From the NCBI GenBank assembly GCA_907165135.1, contig OU015567.1, forward strand, positions 496,001 to 560,000: a stretch of DNA of 64,000 nt, written 5' to 3'. Each line of letters opens with the position of its first letter. Position 1 is the stretch's first letter. A model generated the notes under the pieces. The model saw only the letters and a list, made by a program, of their open reading frames with translations. It searched no databases and had not been told where the DNA came from. The DNA is from Oikopleura dioica (taxonomy: Eukaryota; Animalia; Chordata). Of this stretch, positions 22,599-34,681 are shown one piece after another. Both the position numbers and the translations under genes were made by a program.

Positions 22599-25500
22599 AT
22601 GGGAGACATAGAGAATCCTGCTTTTGAGGAGGAAAAAGTCCATAAGGATATTGAAGAGACCGATTTTAATGAGTAAGTGGAGGCTGTTGAACAATAAATA
22701 ATCAATTCTAGCGTCGATTCGGACAATGAAGAAGCCCAAAATCGCCGGAGACGGACTTCAAAGACGGTGAAATCCCAGAAGCATACGCTGGAATGCCCGC
22801 AGAAGTGCTCATTCACTATTCTCGGCAAAAGAAATTCGTGGTCGGTCGACTTTTTGGATGGGTACTGATTTTGGCGACTTTTGCGACACTGATTTCTTTG
22901 TCGGGAGTGATCATTGCTCAAAGCCCGCCGTGTTTGGACTTTTGGGAAAAATCACCGATTTATCAGATTTATCCCAGATCTTTCAAGGTAAAACAAAGCT
23001 GGACAAGAAACTTGATCATTTCTCTCCCTAGGATTGCGACCCAGACCTCAATCAAGACCGCGAAGATGACATTTGCGGCGACGGAATTGGCGACATCCCG
23101 GGCATCATCGAAAAGCTCGACTATCTCAAAGACGACCTTGGCATTTCCGTCGTCTGGGTTTCACCGATTTTCATGAGCCCAATGCAGGACTTTGGCTACG
23201 ATGTTTCCGACTATCGCCAGCCGGATCCAGTCTTTGGAAATATGAAGGATTTGCAATTGTTGATCAGCGAGATGCATAATCGAGGGATGAAGTTGGTCTT
23301 GGATTTTGTCCCGAATCATACCTCTGTCGAACACGCCAAGTTCCAGAATGTTTCAGAAGCAGCAAATTTCTACGTGTGGCGAGACGGCGACAAGCCCAAA
23401 ACTGCAAAATGGTCGAATCGGAGTCCGGTGCCCAAGTCCCCGACGCCGCCAACTGCGCCTGCTCCAACGTCGATATCAAGGAAGAAACGCCCGCTTGCCC
23501 GAACAACTGGCAATCCATTTTCGCCGTCAACGACAAGGGCGACCTGCCCGCCTGGACCTTCCACCCCGAAGTTGGAAAATATTACTACCGCGGATTCGGC
23601 TGGTTCCAAGCTGATTTGAACATGTACAACAAAGATGTTCAAAAGTTCCTCAACGTAGGGACCGAACGCAAATCAAAACGGCAAATTTTAAAAATAGAGT
23701 TAGGCCCCTGGAATAAAAATTTTCTATAATAATTCGCATATGCTGATTTCAAATCTCCTAATTAAATTCCAGTATCACTTCCGGTTTTCCGGATACTGTC
23801 GGTTTAACAGCCTTCCTCTGGGTGCTTAATCACGCGATCGTGATATGATATGTATTCTAACGAAAGAAAGAGATTTCAGTGGAAAAATAATCAAAATCGG
23901 CAGCGCGTACTTACGCTTGCCTTTTTGTACTTCTAAACTATGACTCATGCAGCGGCGGCAATAGCGCATAGCCTGCGTGAACGCGCGAGCGCGAAGGCGC
24001 CAGAGAGAGGCGCACGAAAAAATTAAAAAAGGGCGCGGCGGGCTTCGAACTCGCGCCTCCAGAATGACTCGAACCCATCAATTGACAACTAAGCTATTCG
24101 CATTTGTAGATGGATCCATCCTTCATTAATATATTTAATGAGGTAGTGGGGGTTTTCGGGAAATTGACCATTTTCAAACAGCTCTCAGGCTCGAATGGTT
24201 AAGAAGATTTTTATAAACTCTTCTACTACTTATTGATTGGACCTTAAACTATAGTCGAAAAATTTTTCAGAAAAAATAATAAAGGGAGTTTGGCCATAGA
24301 GAGCTCACCTTCAAGTCATGTCCGTGAAAACCATCATTTTGCGTCCTTTTTAATTGCGATTTTTAATGAAAATATTTTTATTTTTAAAACTTAGTAATAG
24401 AAATAAACTTCCATCGGTGTTCTCGGGTTGGATTGTAGGAATCTCATTTTCCTCAAAAGCTTATTGTAAGCTTTCGATTGATAATTGGGTCTCAAAACGA
24501 TCAAAAACTGTTATTCAAAAAATATCAAATCTTCATTATTAAATTTAAGGGTATGGTACGCGCACAGGGTCAAGTCTCAGAATCGGTTTTTGACCATATA
24601 TTCTGAATCCCCATGAAATTCTGACCAAAAACTCTACATGAGTATTAACTCTATCTCAACCCATTTTCCCACAAAATGCAATTGAAAGTGGCAAAAATTA
24701 GTGCATTTTGGCTAAAAGGCGGAAATTATAAAATTTTTACAATTTCTGATCGTTATGATAGGGTGTCATATGATACCTTCTTGGAAAGCTCACGTTCAGG
24801 ACATTTATTTGCGATAAAAATGGGCGCTTTTGGGCTATGCCCCCAAGGCAATTCACGAAGCTAAAGGAACGAAAAATAGGTACCTTCGTACTTTAAAATT
24901 TTTACATAAAAATTTTTGACCAATTGAAAAAGCTCGTGTAATATTTAAGATTAGGGTCTAAACTTTACTATAAAAAAGGATTGAGGGGGTGTCCTTTGGT
25001 AACTTCAGAGGAGATCTCCTCTGAATATAGGCTTATTTCGCGATTTTTGACCGAGACGACAACTTTGAGCCATCCGCACACGACTTTTTTGTTTGAATTT
25101 TGAGAAAAGCTCGTGTAAATCAGAAGATCTAGGATAGAACTTAATTTTGCGCTATTGTACGCCTTCCCAGTATTGATAGGGCCGGAGAAGATCGTCTCTG
25201 CTTTGGGCCTCTGCGCGTACCATACCCTTAAGGGGCTTGACGGCCCTTCGGGCCGTCTCAGCCCCGTTCCTTCATTATTAAATTTAAGGGCTTGACGGCC
25301 CTTCGGGCCGTCTCAGCCCCGTTCCTTCATTATTAAATTTAAGGGGCTTGACGGCCCTTCGGGCCGTCTCAGCCCCGTTCCTTCATTATTAAATTTAAGG
25401 GCTTGACGGCCCTTCGGGCCGTCTCAGCCCCGTTCCTTCATTATTAAATTTAAGGGCTTGACGGCCCTTCGGGCCGTCTCAGCCCCGTTCCTTCATTATT

Positions 25501-28500
25501 AATTTAAGGGCTTGACGGCCCTTCGGGCCGTCTCAGCCCCGTTCCTTCATTATTAAATTTAAGGGCTTGACGGCCCTTCGGGCCGTCTCAGCCCCGTTCC
25601 TTCATTATTAAATTTAAGGGGCTTGACGGCCCTTCGGGCCGTCTCAGCCCCGTTCCTTCATTATTAAATTTAAGGGCTTGACGGCCCTTCGGGCCGTCTC
25701 AGCCCCGTTCCTTCATTATTAAATTTAAGGGCTTGACGGCCCTTCGGGCCGTCTCAGCCCCGTTCCTTCATTATTAAATTTAAGGGCTTGACGGCCCTTC
25801 GGGCCGTCTCAGCCCCGTTCCTTCATTATTAAATTTAAGGGCTTGACGGCCCTTCGGGCCGTCTCAGCCCCGTTCCTTCATTATTAAATTTAAGGGCTTG
25901 ACGGCCCTTCGGGCCGTCTCAGCCCCGTTCCTTCATTATTAAATTTAAGGGGCTTGACGGCCCTTCGGGCCGTCTCAGCCCCGTTCCTTCATTATTAAAT
26001 TTAAGGGCTTGACGGCCCTTCGGGCCGTCTCAGCCCCGTTCCTTCATTATTAAATTTAAGGGGCTTGACGGCCCTTCGGGCCGTCTCAGCCCCGTTCCTT
26101 CATTATTAAATTTAAGGGGCTTGACGGCCCTTCGGGCCGTCTCAGCCCCGTTCCTTCATTATTAAATTTAAGGGCTTGACGGCCCTTCGGGCCGTCTCAG
26201 CCCCGTTCCTTCATTATTAAATTTAAGGGGCTTGACGGCCCTTCGGGCCGTCTCAGCCCCGTTCCTTCATTATTAAATTTAAGGGCTTGACGGCCCTTCG
26301 GGCCGTCTCAGCCCCGTTCCTTCATTATTAAATTTAAGGGCTTGACGGCCCTTCGGGCCGTCTCAGCCCCGTTCCTTCATTATTAAATTTAAGGGCTTGA
26401 CGGCCCTTCGGGCCGTCTCAGCCCCGTTCCTTCATTATTAAATTTAAGGGCTTGACGGCCCTTCGGGCCGTCTCAGCCCCGTTCCTTCATTATTAAATTT
26501 AAGGGGCTTGACGGCCCTTCGGGCCGTCTCAGCCCCGTTCCTTCATTATTAAATTTAAGGGCTTGACGGCCCTTCGGGCCGTCTCAGCCCCGTTCCTTCA
26601 TTATTAAATTTAAGGGCTTGACGGCCCTTCGGGCCGTCTCAGCCCCGTTCCTTCATTATTAAATTTAAGGGGCTTGACGGCCCTTCGGGCCGTCTCAGCC
26701 CCGTTCCTTCATTATTAAATTTAAGGGCTTGACGGCCCTTCGGGCCGTCTCAGCCCCGTTCCTTCATTATTAAATTTAAGGGCTTGACGGCCCTTCGGGC
26801 CGTCTCAGCCCCGTTCCTTCATTATTAAATTTAAGGGGCTTGACGGCCCTTCGGGCCGTCTCAGCCCCGTTCCTTCATTATTAAATTTAAGGGGCTTGAC
26901 GGCCCTTCGGGCCGTCTCAGCCCCGTTCCTTCATTATTAAATTTAAGGGGCTTGACGGCCCTTCGGGCCGTCTCAGCCCCGTTCCTTCATTATTAAATTT
27001 AAGGGGCTTGACGGCCCTTCGGGCCGTCTCAGCCCCGTTCCTTCATTATTAAATTTAAGGGGCTTGACGGCCCTTCGGGCCGTCTCAGCCCCGTTCCTTC
27101 ATTATTAAATTTAAGGGGCTTGACGGCCCTTCGGGCCGTCTCAGCCCCGTTCCTTCATTATTAAATTTAAGGGCTTGACGGCCCTTCGGGCCGTCTCAGC
27201 CCCGTTCCTTCATTATTAAATTTAAGGGCTTGACGGCCCTTCGGGCCGTCTCAGCCCCGTTCCTTCATTATTAAATTTAAGGGCTTGACGGCCCTTCGGG
27301 CCGTCTCAGCCCCGTTCCTTCATTATTAAATTTAAGGGCTTGACGGCCCTTCGGGCCGTCTCAGCCCCGTTCCTTCATTATTAAATTTAAGGGGCTTGAC
27401 GGCCCTTCGGGCCGTCTCAGCCCCGTTCCTTCATTATTAAATTTAAGGGGCTTGACGGCCCTTCGGGCCGTCTCAGCCCCGTTCCTTCATTATTAAATTT
27501 AAGGGCTTGACGGCCCTTCGGGCCGTCTCAGCCCCGTTCCTTCATTATTAAATTTAAGGGGCTTGACGGCCCTTCGGGCCGTCTCAGCCCCGTTCCTTCA
27601 TTATTAAATTTAAGGGGCTTGACGGCCCTTCGGGCCGTCTCAGCCCCGTTCCTTCATTATTAAATTTAAGGGCTTGACGGCCCTTCGGGCCGTCTCAGCC
27701 CCGTTCCTTCATTATTAAATTTAAGGGCTTGACGGCCCTTCGGGCCGTCTCAGCCCCGTTCCTTCATTATTAAATTTAAGGGGCTTGACGGCCCTTCGGG
27801 CCGTCTCAGCCCCGTTCCTTCATTATTAAATTTAAGGGCTTGACGGCCCTTCGGGCCGTCTCAGCCCCGTTCCTTCATTATTAAATTTAAGGGGCTTGAC
27901 GGCCCTTCGGGCCGTCTCAGCCCCGTTCCTTCATTATTAAATTTAAGGGCTTGACGGCCCTTCGGGCCGTCTCAGCCCCGTTCCTTCATTATTAAATTTA
28001 AGGGCTTGACGGCCCTTCGGGCCGTCTCAGCCCCGTTCCTTCATTATTAAATTTAAGGGGCTTGACGGCCCTTCGGGCCGTCTCAGCCCCGTTCCTTCAT
28101 TATTAAATTTAAGGGGCTTGACAATGGCCTGGGAACTCTGATGTGATCAGTCTCAGTTATGTCCCCAACCCCACCCACACCCATCATTTAAAAAATTCTT
28201 ATAGTCCCAGTTTATAGCAGCTTTATGGTTTGGATTTGAATTTTAAATTTATAGTTTTTCTCTTTTGTTGACCCCAATATTTTCTTCATTCTCAGGGGTT
28301 TCTTTGGGACACTTTTGCAAGGATAATGTTCTACTTTTGCGGACATTTATCCAGCCGAGAAAATTAAAGAGGAAGAAAAAGGATGTTTTTCAAAAATCAG
28401 GAAGTTTTTTAAGGAATTGATGGCTTATACATTTTCATTTACCAAAAATGGTAAAACAGGCAAAAAAGGCGTTTCGATGAAGAAATTTGCCATTTTTCGA

Positions 28501-30635
28501 AGAAAAATTTATCGAAGAAAAATTTTAAGGCCCTACGGCAATACAGTTTTTGAAGACTCTTGCCCACTTTCGTGGACATTTTTATGAAAATTGACCACAA
28601 TAGAGGAAAATAACTGTATTTTTAAAAGAGCTATTAGCCTTATTTAATTCTCATCCAAAATGGGCATTTACCAAGAGATAATAGCCGAGTTGGTACTAGA
28701 TGGGAATGGGTTACGTCAGGGGCGAGAGTTCGATTCCCGGTGCAGGCTCCTTTTTCAATTTTCTATTGGTTAGAGCACTAGCTCACTCGCAGCAAAACTT
28801 GAAACGCGTCGCGGCAAAAGCTTCTCGCCCCGGAGCGCCACCCTTTGCGTGACGCTTCGCCGCGCTGCGCGCTTCCAATTGGCTCTTTTCTTCGTCTCTC
28901 ATTATTTTTCAAAGAGTGATAACTCAAAATCTACGATACCTATAAAAATTTGAGTTTCATATTTGAAAAGCTTGAATGTCAAAACCCATTTTTTCATTCA
29001 TAAGTTCAGAAAAAATTTTTGGGTGCCCCGATGGTGATTTGCGTTCGATCCCTACCTCAACGATATTCTCGATTTCTGGCTGGACGAAGGCGTCGATGGC
29101 TTTAGAATTGACGCGATTGGTTATGCCTTTGAGGAGGAAAACTTTAGGAATGAAATGTACATTGACGAAACGGAGCCGGAGCCACTTTTCTGGTCGAACT
29201 TGTATCACGATTTTACTTTTGAATATGGATCCCTTCACGATTTGATCATGACTTTCCGCAAGACGCTGGACAAATACTCAACTGAACCAGGTTTCAAAAT
29301 AGTTTTCCCTTTGTTCTTATGTAAAATTCAGGTGTCGATCGATTCATGGTCACAGAAGTCTACACAACAACCGAAAAGAACATGAAATACTACGGGGCTT
29401 TCGAGCGCGAGGCTGACTTTCCCTTCAACTTTGATCTCATCCCCCTTGGTTCTACCGGTTCCATTTCCGGAGCCGAGGTGCGTCAGCTGGTCGACAACTG
29501 GATGTTCAAAATGCCATTTGGTCGAACCCCCAACTGGGTCGTTGGAAATCATGACACCACTCGACTCGCCTCTAGAATCGATGGAATGAGCGACGACGAG
29601 AAGAAGCAAATTTCTAAGCTCTTTGCCCAGCTAACCTTCACTCTTCCAGGTGAAGATTTATAAGAAAAAATATAGACATAAGTTTTAGGAACGAACTTCA
29701 TTTATAATGGAGAGGAACTGGGAATGGTAGATTTGACAAAACAAGAACTACCAGATGAATGCAAGGTCGATATTCAACAAGATTCTCGAGATTATGAGCG
29801 AAATCCTCTTCCATGGAACAATATTGCAGGTAAATGAAATGATCAGCTTTTGTTTCTCTCTAGAAACAAAAACAAGAAAGTGAAGAGACGATAATATACT
29901 ATTTCAAAGAATCGTGTTATATATATTTTTACGAAAAAACCGAAATAGGGGTGAATAAACTGTGAAATTTGTCAAAATGCTATCGAGCAATATATGATAT
30001 ATTAATAATATAATATAAAATATTATATATCTTTTCAAGATCAAAACTATGGCTTCTCAAACTGCAGCGGCACTCAAAACCTCCCTCCTTCCTGCAATCA
30101 AAACCGTTGCACTTGGCTTCCCTTATCAGAATCAGCAAAAGACGGCTTGAACGTCGCTGACCAGCTCGAAGACGAAGAATCTGTTCTTTGGTACTATAAA
30201 AATTTGATCGAACTGCGCCAGGATGAAGCGTTTACTCGAGGAAGCTACTGTCGAAACCCAGATGATGAAAAAGACAAACCCGACGGTCTTTTGAGATATT
30301 TGAGAACTTTGGAAGGGGGAAAGACTTTTGAGATTGTCTTCAACTGGAGCGGAAGCAAGCTGAATTTTGACATCAGAAATGACAGAGAAGTCGTCGAAAC
30401 TTTCCCAAAAAATTTCGACAGCAATGAACTCGATGCTTATTCCGGTGAATTTTTAATAAGAAGAAGAGATTCAAAATTTTTAGGTGTGATTTTCGAGCTC
30501 AGCGAGATCCCGGAAGACTACTCTGGCGAAGGAATTTGCGTCCAACGCCGAGCTGTGCGAAAACGAAACAATTTGATCCTCACCTCTGCGACTAAAGATC
30601 GACGACTTTTTGATTTTGAATCTCATTTTGAATAA
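22599..30635 (+). CDS. SLC3A1: SLC3A1/rBAT-like heavy chain (single TM plus GH13 alpha-glucosidase domain), split by a 5.4-kb transposon
   Basis: [80 protein letters not shown]; 1-nt frameshifts in A4 runs at 22738 and 23398. Confidence 0.88.
24025..24100 (-). other. tRNA-like Pol III unit in the left arm of the hAT element
   Basis: Minus strand: A-box TAGCTTAGTTG, B-box GAGTTCGAAGC, then T6. Confidence 0.5.
24549..25227. mobile_element. Kolobok-like MITE (TTAA TSD, GG..CC ends) inserted in the first array unit
   Basis: TTAA|GGGTATGGTACGCGCA ... TGCGCGTACCATACCC|TTAA; removing it restores cttcattattaaatttaaggggcttgac. Confidence 0.88.
25228..28122. repeat. Tandem array of ~52 hairpin-forming 55/56-bp units
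   Basis: Unit (G)GGGCTTGACGGCCCTTCGGGCCGTCTCAGCCCCGTTCCTTCATTATTAAATTTAA; units differ only in homopolymer length. Confidence 0.98.
28682..28755 (+). other. tRNA-like Pol III unit in the right arm of the hAT element
   Basis: A-box TAGCCGAGTTGG, B-box GAGTTCGATTC, then T5. Confidence 0.5.
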
Positions 30636-30862
30636 ATTCTTATATCGTATCAATGGATATCAAAGATTTCCCATTCTATTCGGCATTTATTCATGATTCG
30701 AAGGATGATGAAGAAAATACCTCTATGCCCTACGAAATTCGATGATGAAAAGGAATACTTAAGTAACTAAAGTAAAGAAGAACGTATAACTTATACGGTA
30801 TAAGCAGTAATAATGGTATCAGAGAAGACGCTGAAATCGCGCTTGGCCAGCGCTTTGGTCTT

Positions 30863-33132
30863 TTACGACTGGGTGACAACTGGAGCAGCGTTTTGGCTGT
30901 AAGAAGTCTCGCCAAATTCGACCCATTGCAAGCCCTAAATTGAGATTGAGTTGAATTCATAAATAAATCATCACCTCGTATGAGTACACAGTGGTTGTGC
31001 AAGCTGTTTTGTCGACAACAGTGACTTCGAACCAGTCTGGGTACCATCCATCATTGTCTTTCTCCCAGATTCTGATATCGCCAAGGTTCTCGAGGCAGCT
31101 TGCAGGAAGAGAAGAAACATCGAGTACGAAAGTATCGATTTGTCCAGGCTCTTGGTCGTCTTTGTTAGGGTCATCAAGGTCGAACCAAGTGTCGCAGCCG
31201 GCCTTTGGAATTCTTAAAATTAAAGAAAGTATTTATCATATTTATGGGAAAATCAGCTTACTGAAAGTTGGTTGTTCCGTCTGTCTGTGCACCAGACACA
31301 GTCGCTGATGTTTGAGCCCTGATAGTGAAAACTTGCTCGTTTTTCAAGAGACAAATATCATCAAATGTTTGGTAGGAGAAGTTTCGGACAGAGTTCGGTA
31401 TCAGATCAAACACAAAAGCGTTCAGATCGCCGCTTGAATATGCTCCACTGAGATCGTAAGTCCCTTGAGCAGCCTTAATCTTGGTTTACGAACGATTATT
31501 CAAGCAGGGCTCGGTAAGCAAGCCTTTATTCCTTGCTCAGTTGTAATTCAAAAGTATTGGTATTGTCTTTGTGAATTTTTTCGCAAAACCTAGCCTGTGT
31601 GCCGTCAAAGTTAAATACCCACCGCAATGTGGATGGATCTTCGTCAAGTTGGTTGACTTCAAGAGAGTACGTATTCCACTCACCAATCGTGCAAGGTTGC
31701 ATGAATGATTGCCTCTTATCCCATGCGCTTGGGTCGGTCAGACTGATCTCCATCGATCCTGAATCAGGAGATGTAACGATTGAAAACTGTCGGTCTCCGG
31801 CGTTTGTCGGTGTGGCATATGGGTCGCCATTCCCCGAAAGATGAATATTGAATTTCCATTCGTTTATGTCTGGGCAAAGAATGTCGGCGGAAACCTTGTA
31901 ATTACGCGCCGCACTTAAAACCGTTTTCTGACTGCCAACCACAGGGTTGAACTCGCAGCTATCTACGACCGTGCTGCAGCTGTCCAGATCTGCGCAGGGA
32001 TCGGTTCTAGTTGGGCAGGGATTGAAGGTTTGGTAGTAGAAATTGCGGACGCTGTAGCTAGTTGCAGCGTCGTAGTGGTCGTCGGCAATGTGGACTTGGA
32101 GATCCAAGCCTGCTGGAAGCGCGGCTGCACTGTACTGCGATGTATGAAGTGGCGTGTCCCCAATTTTCGACACGTACTCGACATTTCCACTTCCTGAAAT
32201 CTGTCTAACTTCGACAGAGTAAGTCGCCCATTCGCCGGACGTGCAAGGAAATTCGTCATATCTTTGATACTGACTGAGGGTCGGGTCATTGACAGTGAGA
32301 TGAAGGTGTCCATCCGGCTTTTGGAAAAGACCAAAGGTTCGATCGCCAACGCTCTCGACGTCTCCACCGTTTCTCGAAACATGGAAAATATTCTGCCAGT
32401 TTCCATCAGGAACGCTGTTGCAGAGTACTTCAGCAGAGAACTTGTAGTCGAGGGCTGTTTGCACCGTGGAGACTAGATTGTTTCGGACTGGGAAGAGCGA
32501 GCATCCATTGACGAATGTTTCGCAGCTTTCAAGTCCGTCGCAGGGATCGAATTCGCAGGGAGCAGGGGTCGGCGCCAGCGGGAGATTGCATTTGAGCTGC
32601 TTGAATTTTCGATTGAAGAGAATGTGGCGCTGGCGGTGAATAAGTCTCCTCATTTTGTGGGGAGCCCATCCGTTGTGCGTGGTGAGGTTGACACCGTCCA
32701 TGCACACGAATGCATCGTGAAAGCTCATGACAGAAGCGACAAGATTGTTGAGCGAGTGGCAGATGTCATTCTCGTCGTAGTTTGGGAAGACGAAAGCGTT
32801 TGGATCGCCGGAACCAGCAAAATTGGCGCAGGAGTCGGAAACTCGAGTCGGAAAATTGTCCACTTTGTTGAGAAAGTCTCGAAGTCGATTGGCTTTCTTC
32901 ACACCGGGGATGTTCGTATTGGAGTATGCGGTCAGAATTGCATCGTAAAGACTGCTGTAGGCAGTCTCGATCGAGGTCCAAGCAGTGGTCGAGCCTCGGT
33001 CTTCCAAAGATTGAGCAGTAGCAGCTGCAGAAATGACCGCCGCGAGAACCTAAAATTTTTGTTAAAAATAACAAATCAAAATTTGGCTAGGACAATTTCT
33101 CTATTAAACTAAAAACGAATTCTTACTTTCAT
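30863..33132 (-). CDS. Secreted protein with two Cys-linked lectin-like beta repeats and a C-terminal PLAT/LH2 domain (copy 1)
   Basis: MK|VLAAVISAAATAQ signal; 493-aa ORF; terminal exons AQTDG..FDLDDP..EPGQIDTF..LGDIRIW..DGWYPDWFEV are typical of PLAT. Confidence 0.8.
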
Positions 33133-33198
33133 CTTACTTTCGAGTAAGAAAAGCTTTCTCTGACAAAAGATGGATCTTGCAAGAAAAAGGTCACTTAA

Positions 33199-33952
33199 GG
33201 ATATACCCGATAAAATTGAACATTCATAGCGCCTATATACGAAGTCGGATCATTTTTATTTCAAAAGCAATCCTACCTAAAAGTGTGCGTTAAATTCAAT
33301 TCTGGTACTTTTTCAAAAATTTTCATTACAATTTTTCTCTCTAGAGCGATTTGAAAACGAACTCTCTCGATTTCTCGAAATTTTTCCACTAAATCGCTAA
33401 AACTGACCCGTGTTCTGTATTAAAATAATGCTAAGCTACAAAATTGATGGGATCAAATTCTTTAACCCCATCGAATTTTCATTCTAGTGTTCTCCTCTTT
33501 CATACTCCTATTTTTCTTCTCTGCGCGCTTTTTCGCGTGCTACCAATCAGAGCGATGCGCTCAACCACTCACTTTCTCTCGGAAAAGAGGAGTCGAGTGA
33601 GTGAGAACCCAGCGCGCCGCTTTGTAGAGCTTTCATGCGCTGAGTAGCCCTCAATGAAATGGCTCTAGAATCGGTTTCCTTCGGAATTAAGGAAAAATAA
33701 ACCATCAATATTGTAGATAACGGTCTAAAGAACTTATCTATCGAAAAATCTCGACCGATTTATACCAAAAATTTCGAGTAATCGAGAGAGTTAGATTTGA
33801 AATTGCTCTAAAGAGAAAAATTCAAATGAGAAAATATAAAAAGTACCAGATTTGAGTTCTACGTGCATTTTACGGTAGAATTGCTATTAAAATAAAAATG
33901 ATCCTACGTCGCATTTCGGCGCTATAAAAGTTCAATTTTATCGGGTATATCC
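33199..33952. mobile_element. Kolobok-like MITE with long imperfect TIRs
   Basis: TTAA|GGATATACCCGATAAAATTGAAC ... GTTCAATTTTATCGGGTATATCC|TTAA; absent from the paralogous promoter near 44105. Confidence 0.9.
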
Positions 33953-34234
33953 TTAAATCGTTGAAGAAATCGACCGTGTGGTGCGCTCAAGTGCGCCATT
34001 TCGAGAAGCCGTGCGTGTTCTTACGAAATTGCTTTGCTTCTCGATTTCGTAATTATGAATTTCGTGACCCATTAATTTTGAATTTTTATTGCCAATTTCT
34101 TATCAGAGTTTTAATTTCAGGCGGAAATTGTGCTTCCTCGTGACCCGAAAAATCAAAGTTCAACAAATTATGTTTGACCTAGGTGTAAGGATCTCGAAGA
34201 ATAGGCGCTTTGAAATACGGTCAATCTTCGGGGT

Positions 34235-34474
34235 CAGGGCTGGATATTTTGAAATCAACAAAAATCTCAAACCCCTAAAAAATATGAATCAACCATCTGA
34301 TTCATGTCAAAAATGAGATCCCAGCAATCTCAGAAATATGGAAAAAATGACTAGGATGTTGGAATCAATCTGAGATTTGAGATTGTCTGAGATGGTGCAA
34401 ATTTTGAAATGGAAATGAGATTTCAGACAAAATATGATTTAAAATTTTTGGTGATTTCAAATTATCCAGCCCTG
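34235..34474. mobile_element. Short hAT-like MITE (family of 4330-5465)
   Basis: Same CAGGGCTGGAT TIR; TSD TTCGGGGT/TTCGCGGT; empty-site-like copy on the minus strand near 35325-35357. Confidence 0.85.
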
Positions 34475-34681
34475 TTCGCGGTAGAATCCCGAAGGGCTAC
34501 CAAGTTAAATAGCGGTCAATCTTCGGTGTCAAAATAAGCGTTTTCACCAGCAAATTTTGCTGCCACGTTATCAAAAATCCTTTCATTCGCCTGCCTTATG
34601 AATATTGCTATCAGCTGATTGCCTTCAGAAACGGAAAACCTTGTGGAGATCGCTTTAACTTCTGTCAAAAGGATCGGTCAA

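Larger units (their letters stand above)
23656..29054. mobile_element. hAT-like composite non-autonomous transposon (5.4 kb) in an SLC3A1 exon
   Basis: TIR TAGGGA(C/T)CGAACGCAAATCA; 8-bp TSD CCTCAACG (23648-23655, 29055-29062); empty site preserved in the duplicated fragment at ~37640-37660. Confidence 0.92.

Noticed and set aside
7125-23401. Programmed frameshifting or pseudogenisation at 7125-7129, 7751-7754, 22738-22741 and 23398-23401
   Set aside because: Each is fixed by adding one base to a 4-5 nt homopolymer, and the array shows the same G3/G4 jitter. Long-read undercalls are the simplest explanation; this needs polishing to confirm.
24025-24100. Functional tRNA genes here and at 10612 and 28682
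   Set aside because: A and B boxes are present, but I could not build acceptor and anticodon stems.
25228-28122. CRISPR-like array of palindromic repeats
   Set aside because: The intervening sequences are identical rather than unique spacers, there are no cas genes, and the context is eukaryotic.
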